A stretch of 63,773 bases of DNA, the filler included, from Lenisia limosa (taxonomy: Eukaryota; Protista; Breviatea), in the NCBI GenBank assembly GCA_001655205.1. It is 16 parts of 16 records of this genome, joined end to end, with 100 filler letters (N's around TTAATTAATTAA, not from the genome) between each part and the next. Parts side by side here need not be neighbours in the genome. Positions count along the whole stretch, not along the records: positions 6,979 to 18,993 come from LPNZ01007451.1; positions 19,094 to 20,825 come from LPNZ01007133.1; positions 20,926 to 22,589 come from LPNZ01006486.1; positions 22,690 to 34,404 come from LPNZ01000305.1; 12 more parts are not named here. One strand, written 5' to 3'. The notes beneath the pieces were generated by a model, which was given only the letters and a program-made list of their open reading frames with translations, made no database searches and was not told the origin of the DNA. Shown piece by piece: positions 14,597-24,386 of this stretch. Each line of letters begins with the position of its first letter. The stretch's first letter is position 1. Position numbers and translations under genes: made by a program.

Positions 14597-14856
14597 CTTG
14601 GGGGGGGGGGGTAAAACGAAGGAATTTCGANNNNNNNNNNNNNNNNNNNNNNNNNNNNNNNNNNNNNNNCTATAATCTGAAACTCCAAACAAAAAAAAAC
14701 AAACAAAAAACAAACAAAAAACAAGCAATACAAACACGTTCAACCAACGCTAGATGACAAAAACACAAAAACAAAAATGGAAAATTTATGACAAAAAAAG
14801 CCCAAATTAACTCTGTCGGCTGACAACACACTAGGGTTGATAACAACAACACAAAC
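14597..14856 (-). repeat. Modular intron-3'-end repeat (family C-E-D), most complete copy
   Basis: Minus strand reads GTTTGTG..TCAACCCTAGTGTGTTGTCAGCCGACAGAGTTAATTTGGG (C)...TTGTCATCTAGCGTTGGTTG..TTGGAGTTTCAGA (E)...TCGAAATTCCTTCGTTTTAC(C)11AAG (D). Confidence 0.85.
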
Positions 14857-15077
14857 GCATCCCATCACTCCAACGGGAGTAAAAGACCGTTTACGATTCA
14901 ATAGAAACAAAAACTCTGAAACAACGCCCCCAATCAAAGAGTTTTTTTACTCCCCCCCCCCCTCTCCCCCTAGGTCATCCCTAGGGGGAGAGGGGAGTAA
15001 NNNNNNNNNNNNNNNNNNNNNNNNNNNNNNNNNNAACACCAATATTAAACCAATAAGCTGGTTCAGCTTTAGCCTAC

Positions 15078-18000
15078 CTGTTGCCCTTGAGTTTCTTGCA
15101 GATTACTGACGATAACAGCAATGAAGAGATTGATCAGAATGAAGGTCTCCAGTACGATAAACAGGATTTGATAAACCACCATCTAAGGGATTAAATTACG
15201 TGGATAATTTGATAGAACATCATGGAAATGTCAATCATAATTCCATCTAAGGGAAGAAAGTACAATCACCACCATCAAAAGAAATACGATGTAATTTCAA
15301 CATACGTTAATAATTGAGTAAAATTTAGCTCTACTGTGTTTTGGAAAGAAACGTCTCCATATGACGAGCCCAACAAAGCCTTGACACCTCTAGAATCGTA
15401 TTTTTTATCTTCAATATCGATTTATCATTTAGATTTTGTCGAAGATATTGGTACATCATATCACACTATTTCGCGAGAGAGAATATGCATATTGAAGCCT
15501 TGCATACCCAGGGGTCTTTTTCCCTGACTTGGTCATACAGACTGAACCAATCGTCCAGTGTAATGAGCTGAATAGATGAGTATTATATGGAAAATAGTAA
15601 TCGATATTAGATATAGTTTTGAAATGATAAACAAAAGTTTTACTGGATTACGCTCAGTTCGAAGACTCATGGCCAAATGTGAAACGGAACTTTCACAATT
15701 TGGTTGCATTGAGGTAGAAATTAGAATTAAAAAAGGTTTTATTTTACCTGAGCCGTCTACACCATCATGTTTATAATCAAGTGAAATATTATTGAGAGTG
15801 AGAGACCCATAAAACGTACTTGGAAGAGAGTGAAAAGAGCGACAAAGATGCCACCAAATCTAAAGAGTCAAATGGTAAATGAATCAAAAATAGTTCTCTG
15901 TAATTAATCGTTGGTTTGGTTGGAGGGGAGAGGGGGTATCAATTTGGTTGGAGGGGTTTGTCTTTGTATCAGTAATATGTATGTATTTATGTACTATGTG
16001 AATGGGGGATGTTTGTAATAGGGGTACACAATAGAAATGGGAATATATCATATATAAAAGGGCTTCTCTATGGTCTGAAAAAGACCGTTTAAATATCGAT
16101 ATTTATCGAGGATTTATCGAGATTTTCGGTCTTTTTTTGGGACCCAAGGGAACCCCAAGAAATGGGAATTTATGTAAATGAACCACCAGGTTAATAATAT
16201 ATGACCATCTCTTTGATACCACAAGCTCCGACCTTTCCGGCAGAATTGAGCCATACAAGTTGATTCCGATGATGGCGAAGATGTAAAGGACCAAGAAAAG
16301 CAGTAGTACAATGGACGCGAGAGCGGTGAGAGACCGCAGGAGGGTTGTTACTGTGGTGTTAATAAGAAATCCAGAGGTAATTATATTAAGGAGGTAAACT
16401 ATCGAACTTGTTATATCGAGATGATTGGAGTGAAGCTCTAAACACAAGGCATTGAGCAACTTCAGGTTCTATTACAATGTACCATAATAAGAATTCTATC
16501 ACCTAAAGTTAGTAGATAAAATACATCTACCTCTTCAGCTCAATATCCCCGTAGCTCTCTATACTCTCCCTTATCTTTCCNNNNNNNNNNNNNNNNNNNN
16601 NNNNNNNNGGATTTCCAATTGTTTCATAAGAATCCCAAGTCAATGCGCCTTAGTGTAGATCTCTATATACTCTATCTTATCTTTCTATGCATCCTCACCT
16701 ATAGTTTGCAAATGTTGCAAGAACGTGATTGTTCGCAACACTCTAAGGGCACGCAAGGCCCTCACAGCGCGAAACACCCTCAACAGTCTGGATGTATTAG
16801 AAACTAAGTGTTATTTGTTTCCTCTAATTATCTTGAAAACACTCAAATAGTGGTAGAGAGAAAGTCCAGGAAGGATTATTATGCGAGTTAGTGGTAGAGA
16901 GGGGTTAGTATGGGAGGTTTCACTTCGGTTCGAAAAAGATTGGTAAAATAACGATAGTTTTCGAGGAATAAATCGAGAAATTCAGTCTTTTTTTGAACCG
17001 AATTGGAACGGACAAAAAGACAGGGTGGACATCCAAACGGTCAAAGAGTAGCCTCCAAAATCCATACTCACCTGAAAATTCTCGGGTTGATTGTGGTGAT
17101 AGATTGCACAATGTACTGCCCGTATTCCAAGAACGACGTGAGAACAATAATCATATCAAAGATATTCCATCCTAATGAGTGAGGACAATGATCATACCAA
17201 AGATATTGATGAGTAAGGAGAATGAGTAAGAGCTTGTGTTGAATTGAAGGATTTACTTCTGTCCGAAAACGGTCCAATATTCATGTTAATTAAACGAGCA
17301 GAAGTAGCTCAAAGATATCGTTTCACAGGTAATTAGGGATACCCTACAGTCCAAAACAGACTTAATTATCGATAAATCCTCGAAAAATGATATTTAGACT
17401 ATATTTTTTGAACCTTAGGAAGCCCTCGTCATTTGTCTTTATAACTACGGTCCGAAAAAGACAGGTCAAATAATATCGATATTTATCAAGTGCTCGAGAA
17501 ATTGTCTGTTTTTGAGGGAAACCTTAATACGTACCAGATTGGAAAAAGTACTTTCGGAAGACGAAGAGCTTGGCAAGTAGCTCAAAAATGTAAATCCCCA
17601 GGAATATATTGTCCGTGACCGAGAGGTACCATCCTAAAGAATAAAGACCGAAACTATATCATGTAGTAAACTCGGGGTCTCTAAGACAATTCTGATCTGC
17701 TAAATATAGTACATCACGTATCATATGTAGCACATTTGAATTATAGCAAAATATTCATTCACCCAATCATTTCACATAGCTGTCTGTGTACTATCCGGAT
17801 CTATAGTATCCCGGGAACGCACGGAAAGATGTGTGCATAGGTTTGTTAGGCAAATGATTGTGAATTAATATTTTATTATAATATATGTATGTATATATTA
17901 TGAATATTTCAATATATCGGCCAGATACAACCTTGTATTGTATTTCTCATTGCTGTATATACATATATCATATAATATATTATATCAGGGTAACTGTAAC

Positions 18001-18842
18001 GTTGGTAATATACTATATGATAATAATGTAGGTATGTGAGTATGCAAGTCATTTGTAAAAGCACCATAACTCAAACTTAGGCGTACCGAGTTGCATTTCA
18101 GACCACTCGTCAGTTTGGAGGGCAATCATGATGGTATTGATCTTGAGAAGTAAAGTGTTGAGACTGTGAAACAACCAATCATATTTACAATTCAATTTTG
18201 TACTAAATAAGTCTGTACAAAATTCTTACGAGTATCCTTCGTGCTTGCTCCTTAAACACATATTTACCTCTCCCTCCCCATTCTTCTAACTTATTTACCT
18301 CTCCCTCCCCATTCTCCTAACTTTTTATTTCTAACTTTTCAAGATATGATATAGAGTATAATATGGATATACAGTTACCAGGATGAATGTTGACCGATTT
18401 TCCTTGGGAAATCTTATGATATAGCAAATTGGTCAAGACTTATCCCGATCACTGTAAAATTGTAAACCCTCTAAGTCTCACCAAGATGAGAAGAAGGATT
18501 CCTGAGCTAAACCACTTGTTGTCAACAATTCGCATTACAAAGGTTCGGAGGGGGGTGGTCATCAGGTCTTCTTTGGTGATAATCCTAAACGTAAGTCTTC
18601 TCATCATTGTTCTTTCAAAATGGGCCGTATTTCACAAATTTCGCGATATGTTGTGGCGTATCGGTCATTGATGTATTTTCCGCGCTCACTGTATGTAACT
18701 AGTCATGCATCACAATTAATTTCAAACAAACCCAACATGACTCATACCATTTTTGCCACCTCCTCATCTTGGATTGTAATCCAACATACCTTCCTTCGTT
18801 CTTCAACTCAGTACTTGAATGGCTAGATGCTATGCTTGACAT
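15078..18842 (-). CDS. Single-domain 6TM voltage-gated cation channel, CatSper1-like alpha subunit
   Basis: In-phase exons 18482-18584, 18087-18141, 17535-17633, 17072-17171, 16699-16787, 16233-16350, 15820-15859, 15508-15567 and 15078-15182 give S1 WFSSGILLLILINTIMIALQTD, S2 DNIFLGIYIFELLAKL, S3 GWNIFDMIIV, S4 RLLRVFRAVRALRALRVLR, S5 LASIVLLLFLVLYIFAIIG, pore FTLFQLITLDDW and S6 FILINLFIAVIVSNLQ. Putative ATG at 18842. The C-terminus may extend to 14516. Confidence 0.93.
16060..16155. mobile_element. MITE family A, subtype B, in a channel-gene intron
   Basis: GGGCTTCTCTATGGTCTGAAAAAGACCG...GGGACCCAAGGGAACCC. Confidence 0.85.
16915..17003. mobile_element. MITE family A, in a channel-gene intron
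   Basis: TTCACTTCGGTTCGAAAAAG...TTTTGAACCGAA. Confidence 0.85.
17336..17522. mobile_element. Two adjacent degenerate MITE family A copies (17336-17425, about 17445-17522)
   Basis: GGGATACCCTACAGTCC...GGAAGCCC and CTACGGTCCGAAAAAGAC. Confidence 0.75.
17748..17960. repeat. Family B, head-to-head pair
   Basis: A minus 5' fragment at 17748-17790 faces a plus copy at 17826-17960. Confidence 0.75.
18372..18454. mobile_element. Tc1/mariner-type MITE (family F), TA-CAGT...ACTG-TA
   Basis: TA|CAGTTACCAGGATGAATGTTGACCGATTT...AAATTGGTCAAGACTTATCCCGATCACTG|TA. Confidence 0.8.
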
Positions 18843-18921
18843 CGATGCAACCGAACCCCCACTAAAGATTAAAAAAGGTCTTGCTTGGAGCTTCTTGATA
18901 TCCCCCTGACCCCTATACCTA

Positions 18922-18993
18922 GGGCTTCACTCCGGTTCGAAAAAAAAGATTGAATTGCTCGATAATTTTTCCAAAACTATCGATACTTTCCGA
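18922..18993. mobile_element. MITE family A, truncated by the scaffold end
   Basis: TA|GGGCTTCACTCCGGTTCGAAAAAAAAGA. Confidence 0.85.
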
Positions 18994-19095
18994 NNNNNNN
19001 NNNNNNNNNNNNNNNNNNNNNNNNNNNNNNNNNNNNNTTAATTAATTAANNNNNNNNNNNNNNNNNNNNNNNNNNNNNNNNNNNNNNNNNNNNAT

Positions 19096-19500
19096 AATGA
19101 CCGCCAGGGTGGCGTAACCCCTCTTCACTCCGCCGCCCTCAACGGCAGGCATGAAATCATCCCGCTCCTCCTCCAAGCCGGAGCCGACCTCGCCAAACCG
19201 ACCAAAAGCGTGAGAGGCCCATTCTGATAAATTTGTTAATCTATAAGTGTTTATTTTGTTAATATTTTTGGACATACTATAATTCTTGCGGATTGCTCTT
19301 GAAGAGCTATCTTTTTTCTGTTTCTCTTTTATTTAAATCACCCTCTGCTCTTAAATTAACCCTCGTGTGTTATCAGCAAACATAATTTATTTCGGGCTTT
19401 TTTGTTTTGTTTCATAAATTTTTACTCCCCCACCCCCACCATAATTGCCTCTAAAACTGACCCGTTAGGGGGCCACTGCAGAGATGATTGCTGAACAGTG
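19096..19500 (+). CDS. Ankyrin-repeat protein fragment
   Basis: Exon 19096-19209 reads DRQGGVTPLHSAALNGRHEIIPLLLQAGADLAKPTKS|gtgag. The next exon, from about 19469, reads GATAEMIAE. Confidence 0.88.
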
Positions 19501-19509
19501 TGCTAAGTT

Positions 19510-19601
19510 CAAGGCTCTGAAAGTGAGTGACCGTTAAATTATCGATATTTGTCGAAGATTTATCGTGCAATACACTCTGTTTTGTGACCGTAGGGAAGCC
19601 C
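19510..19601. mobile_element. MITE family A, subtype B
   Basis: ...TATCGATATTTGTCGAAGATTTATCG...GACCGTAGGGAAGCCC|TA. Confidence 0.78.
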
Positions 19602-19837
19602 TAGGGTATAACACTACCCACATTGTTACTCAGAATGACTTTCAAAACAGGTCTTACAGCACTACTCGTCCCTCCGAGCAGCTGGCAAAAAGTACAGTTA
19701 CGATACTCAGGTCAGTGGAAGGGGGGGGGGGGGNNNNNNNNNNNNNNNNNNNNNNNNNNNNNNNNNNNNNNNNNNNNNNNNNNNNNNNNNNNNNNNNNNN
19801 NNNNNNNNNNNNNNNNNNNNNNNNNNNNNNNNNNNNN

Positions 19838-19984
19838 NCTTTCTTTAATGCTTCATCGAAATGTCCTTCGGTTTACTTTATTGCTTGTTTTTTGTGTTTG
19901 TCTGAAGTTTCAGATTATTCTGTTCGTGATTCGTACCGTTACTCCAATATTGTTCATCGAAATGACCTTCGGTTCACCCCGCAG
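19838..19984 (+). repeat. Family D-fragment+E+D copy ending at a splice acceptor
   Basis: GAAGTTTCAGATTATTCTGTTCGTGATTCGTACCGTTACTCCAATATTGTTCATCGAAATGACCTTCGGTTCACCCCGCAG|. Confidence 0.82.
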
Positions 19985-20232
19985 GTTTCTCAAGATGAAC
20001 GCGGGTCACTTCCCGACCTGGCGCCTCCACCATCCACTTCGCAACTGTGGGGGGTATAGAAAAAGAAAACAGTATAGAAAGATCTAAATATGGAAAATTT
20101 TGAGGATATTCATACTTTGGAGGCGTTTTTTGAGCCTGAATTGCTGTACATGAAATAAATCAAAGAAAAAACTTTTTGTATGGAGGGACACGACAAATGC
20201 TAGACATTTTAATTTGTTCGGGTGTGGGATTA

Positions 20233-20336
20233 GGGCTTCAATTGGGTTCGAAAAAAAGACAATTTCTCGAAAAATCCATGAAAACTGTCGATAGTTTGTC
20301 TTTCTTTTTCGGATTGAAGTGAACCTAATGAAGCCC
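20233..20336. mobile_element. MITE family A
   Basis: TA|GGGCTTCA..GGTTCGAAAAAAAGAC...TGAAGCCC|TA. Confidence 0.85.
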
Positions 20337-20577
20337 TAATTATGAATTGATGATGATGTACTGTTACGGGGATATGATTTCCCAAGGAAAATTGGTCAAG
20401 ACTAATCCCGATCACTGTATATTTTCAAATATTTTACATACATAATCAGAAGACTCTTACTCCCCATCAACAGTTCTACTGAACCCTCCGCTCTTCCAGT
20501 GTTCACCAGCCAGCCAGCTCCTCGAAATGGTTAGACAGTTAAATAGGTTTAAACATTGTAAACATTTTCCCTTGAAA

Positions 20578-20715
20578 CTAGGTCTTTATGGTCCCTAGTT
20601 TCAAGAGCGAATTTACTCTTTATGACCCTAGTTTCACAGAGAATTTACTCTTTATATTCCTAGTTTCAACAAAGAGTTTTCTCTTTATAATCCTAGTTTC
20701 AACAGAGATTTCACT
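20578..20715. repeat. Minisatellite with an ~33-bp unit
   Basis: CCTAGTTTCA...GAATTTACTCTTTAT repeated about four times. Confidence 0.85.
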
Positions 20716-21133
20716 GCAAACATGGAGCCATTCTGTTTTTTTTTTTTCCATTTAATTCCCTTCACACACCCTATTGTTACCCTCACTTTCAGAGTTGAAA
20801 AGAGCTCTCAGCGAAGGTGACAGTGNNNNNNNNNNNNNNNNNNNNNNNNNNNNNNNNNNNNNNNNNNNNTTAATTAATTAANNNNNNNNNNNNNNNNNNN
20901 NNNNNNNNNNNNNNNNNNNNNNNNNGAACTGAAAAAACAGAAACACAACCTGAGATAACACAAAGTATCGAAAAATCAGTCTTTTTGAGACCTTGGGGAA
21001 TTCCAAGAAAATACTTTGAAATCACCCTCAGGTTACTAATAGGGATATTGTATATTGCAGCAATTACGAAACCTTCCTTACAATGCAACTTTCGATAATA
21101 TGTATTTGAATCTGATGAGTTCTGTTTATGTTA

Positions 21134-21228
21134 TGCTTCCCTATAGTCCGAAAAAGACAGTGTAAATTTTGATATTTGTTGAAGATTTATCGAGAGATTC
21201 AGTCTTTGTTTGGGAACGTAGGGAGGCG
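21134..21228. mobile_element. MITE family A, subtype B
   Basis: GCTTCCCTATAGTCCGAAAAAGAC...GGGAACGTAGGGAGGC. Confidence 0.8.
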
Positions 21229-21531
21229 TTTTTATAGCTCTTTCAATTTTTATTATCTGCCTTTTTTCAAAATAATCACTTTTTAGGGGTCCAAAGTTCA
21301 GTCTCTCCCTCCCCCAGGTCTGTGTGCATGTAATAATCTAATAATATGGTGAATATGTAGGAGGTCTGCTCCTTTAAATATTTAGAATATGATTGTGTAA
21401 GATAAAACCAGGGCTTTTTGATCCTGGTGAAAAACCCTTCGTTGGGATAAGAATAATCATACACTAAAACCATTAAAGATACAGGATGGTTTCAGCCAGT
21501 CACCCTCTTGTTTCACAATCATGTATAGTTA

Positions 21532-21619
21532 GGGCTTCACTTTGGTTCGGAAAAACTCGGGAAAGTATCGATAGGATTTATCGAGACATTCAGTCTTTTT
21601 TCGAACCAAAGTGAAGCCC
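21532..21619. mobile_element. MITE family A
   Basis: TA|GGGCTTCACTTTGGTTCG...CGAACCAAAGTGAAGCCC|TA. Confidence 0.9.
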
Positions 21620-21799
21620 TAGTTTATGATTATTCTTATCCCAACGAAGAGTTTTTCACACATTATCTTTGATGGCTATAATAGTAAACTTTTTACAACC
21701 GTTACTTGTCTTTCTGAAATGATTCGACACACTCCGAATTTCAAGTGAAAAAATAACCACAGCTTGAAGTGAAGCCGTAGTTCGATGGCATGAAATCTA

Positions 21800-21975
21800 G
21801 CGACATTTCATCGGTCCAGTTGGCAACACAAAGTCAGAAGAAGCGTCACAGGCACAAAACGAGCGCTCGTGTGTAGCCGGAATCATAGATCACGTGGACA
21901 ACGTAAAGTCTCTCGTCAGCTACGCTACCAAGGACGTTGGAGGGGGGACTTAATGAAAAGGGGTGGATACAGTTC
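21800..21975 (+). CDS. Possible exon of an unknown protein
   Basis: Open frame RHFIGPVGNTKSEEASQAQNERSCVAGIIDHVDNVKSLVSYATKD with raised GC. No motif. Confidence 0.25.
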
Positions 21976-21984
21976 ATACTATTA

Positions 21985-22033
21985 TATAATATCGATATTT
22001 TTAACGGTCTTTTTCGGACCGCCAGGAAGCCCC
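21985..22033. mobile_element. MITE family A, subtype B, right half
   Basis: ATATCGATATTTTTAACGGTCTTTTTCGGACCGCCAGGAAGCCC. Confidence 0.7.
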
Positions 22034-22435
22034 ACGTATTGCATATTGGAGTGTAGTATTTGTGATTTTTTTTCTCTGGTACATTCTGGTAGTGTTTATG
22101 GCAGCGAGAGGGAGGTACTTTGATGATCTTGCATACTATATCCTCCATTTCTCTCTCTCTCCTCTTTCTCTCCACATCTCTCCCGCCCGCATTATTTGCT
22201 CACCTCTTTAGACTTCCTTCCGACTTTTGCGCTGTCTAGCTAATGCAGAGGCGCGCGAACGTNNNNNNNNNNNNNNNNNNNNNNNNNNNNNNNNNNNNNN
22301 NNNNNNNNNNNNNNNNNNNNNNNNNNNNNNNNNNNNNNNNNNNNNNNNNNNNNNNNNNNNNNNNNNNNNNNNNNNNNNNNNNNNNNNNNNNNNNNNNNNN
22401 NNNNNNNNNNNNNNNNNNNNNNNNNNNNNNNNNNA

Positions 22436-22562
22436 CAGGGTTATAAAGCAAATGATTGGGTGAATTAATATTATTTACTAGAATCCAATATCTCCCATAA
22501 GCGTGATGGTGAGGATGGCTTCGGCCTGAGATAACCTTGTTTTTTATTTCCCATTGCTATAT
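22436..22562 (+). repeat. Family B copy
   Basis: GCAAATGATTGGGTGAATTAATATT...GGATGGCTTCGGCC...CCCATTGCTATA. Confidence 0.88.
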
Positions 22563-23139
22563 ATAGTATATGATATGCACTCGATCTGANNNNNNNNNNN
22601 NNNNNNNNNNNNNNNNNNNNNNNNNNNNNNNNNTTAATTAATTAANNNNNNNNNNNNNNNNNNNNNNNNNNNNNNNNNNNNNNNNNNNNATCATATTTAT
22701 ACTAAAATCTGGGAGACCAACCCGTTAAGGCCTTTCCCTCCAACCAAAGTTAGGCTTTATAATTAACCTAATTAATATAAATGTGTTAGAACACCTCTTG
22801 TGAATTAAGACGCATTTAACAACAAGGGAGAAAGGGGTACTATTTATTTCAAAGATTCTCTCTGAAGTCCGTTACCTTAGTTATCTCAAGAACAAAACTA
22901 CATATATATATGATATGATATCCATTGTTGTAAGATTAGGAAAATAATTGGTGCTTCCGATCAATTTAGTTTAAAAGTATGCTAATTATATTTTAACAAC
23001 CTTCCGAAGCTTGGGCAAATGGTTATCAAGGGGGTTTCCCCAGATATGACCTCTGCAACAGCTCCCTTATATATAAAGAGAAATTGCTTACTATCTAGAT
23101 AAGCACCTAAATTATGCGTCGACATCGTCATATGCCACC

Positions 23140-24250
23140 ATTTCAGGGAAAACTATTGGCTCTGCTACTACTTATGAGGTAGGAATAACTCTTAAACGGA
23201 ATAACTTATCTGATTCTTGGGGAGTCTCACTGTTCAGCTTTGGACTAAAATACCAAATGCCGAATTCAGCGGGGTCTTTGGGACCGGGCGTGGTTCCAGT
23301 GCAACCCCTTTTATGATGACTATTGTTGTGAGTGGCATGATTGATAGACACCCCAAATATGGTCTTCCTCCCCTTATTTTGTCATAATTAATTGAGTCAA
23401 ATGAGTGGTATCCAAATTGACTATTGCCAGCCAAGCCCCTCAAGATTTCACTACTACATAACTGATGATGATTATTACTACAAAGATGTTCCAGGTAAGA
23501 GGTTTGGTCAAGTCTTTCATTATATTGACTTTTAATCTTCTTAACATCTTAGACACTTTTGATTTTAGTGTATATCACCAAATTGTAATGAGCATCAATG
23601 GGTGAGGTGGATGGATTGTTGGATTTGTGATATCTAGGGATTATTTTTCATACTCTTAGAACGCACATGACTATGGCAGTTGATGGTGGTGCTATAGACA
23701 TTCAGGCTAATAACTACGCTTTCACTGCTTCTGAATCAACTGTGAGCAATGTTCGTCTAATCAGAGACAAAACACTTCATTGATGATTCTCTGGATGATG
23801 TGTTCTAGTATAACCTGCTAAATTTCCTATTGTTTTTCTATCTGCGATCCATAACGAGATAGGCCTTCTACCTCTCAGCGTATGTCAATCGGAATTCTGT
23901 TCAAAATGGGTCCAACTGGAGACCCAATACTGGAACCAGTAACTTATTGGTAAGGGACCATAATAGCGAACTCGTTCATTTCATGCTTCGTTTAACTTTC
24001 ACACAGTTCCGCGTTTATGACAAAGGGCTCTCTTTGGAGGAAATCCAAAGTAATTATCGAAGAGGACTCTCAAGCGATCCTGTGAGGGGGAACAAATTAC
24101 AATGGGACCTTCGAATGGCAATTCTCCCTGAAATTGACCAAACAGACAGCCAAGTACGAGTATAACTTCTTTAAAGAAGGCAATGCAGGAATGACAACAT
24201 ATGGCAGCTGCAACCCTGAAACTCTATCATCACCCTTGGTTTTCGCCTAG
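23140..24250 (+). CDS. LamG-like jellyroll (concanavalin A-like) domain protein, partial
   Basis: Exons TTYE|LWTKIPNAEFSGVFG..., THMTMAVDGG and FRVYDKGLSLEEIQSNY fit the Laminin_G_3 pattern (T.E.W.K ... H.a.t.DG ... RIYdraLS..EI...Y). Confidence 0.7.
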
Positions 24251-24386
24251 CTTTCATGTATTATTACTTGATATGCATCTGCATTATCTCAAAAATCAGA
24301 AACACTTTTGATCACATTCATAGATTCATATAAAATTAATAAGTCCTTCTTAACCATACATACTACTATCACAGAGTCACACTATT

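Noticed and set aside
15640-15720. Candidate extra channel exon (SHLAMSLRT)
   Set aside because: Exons 15820-15859 and 15508-15567 already join in phase to give a complete pore helix, so this segment is intronic.
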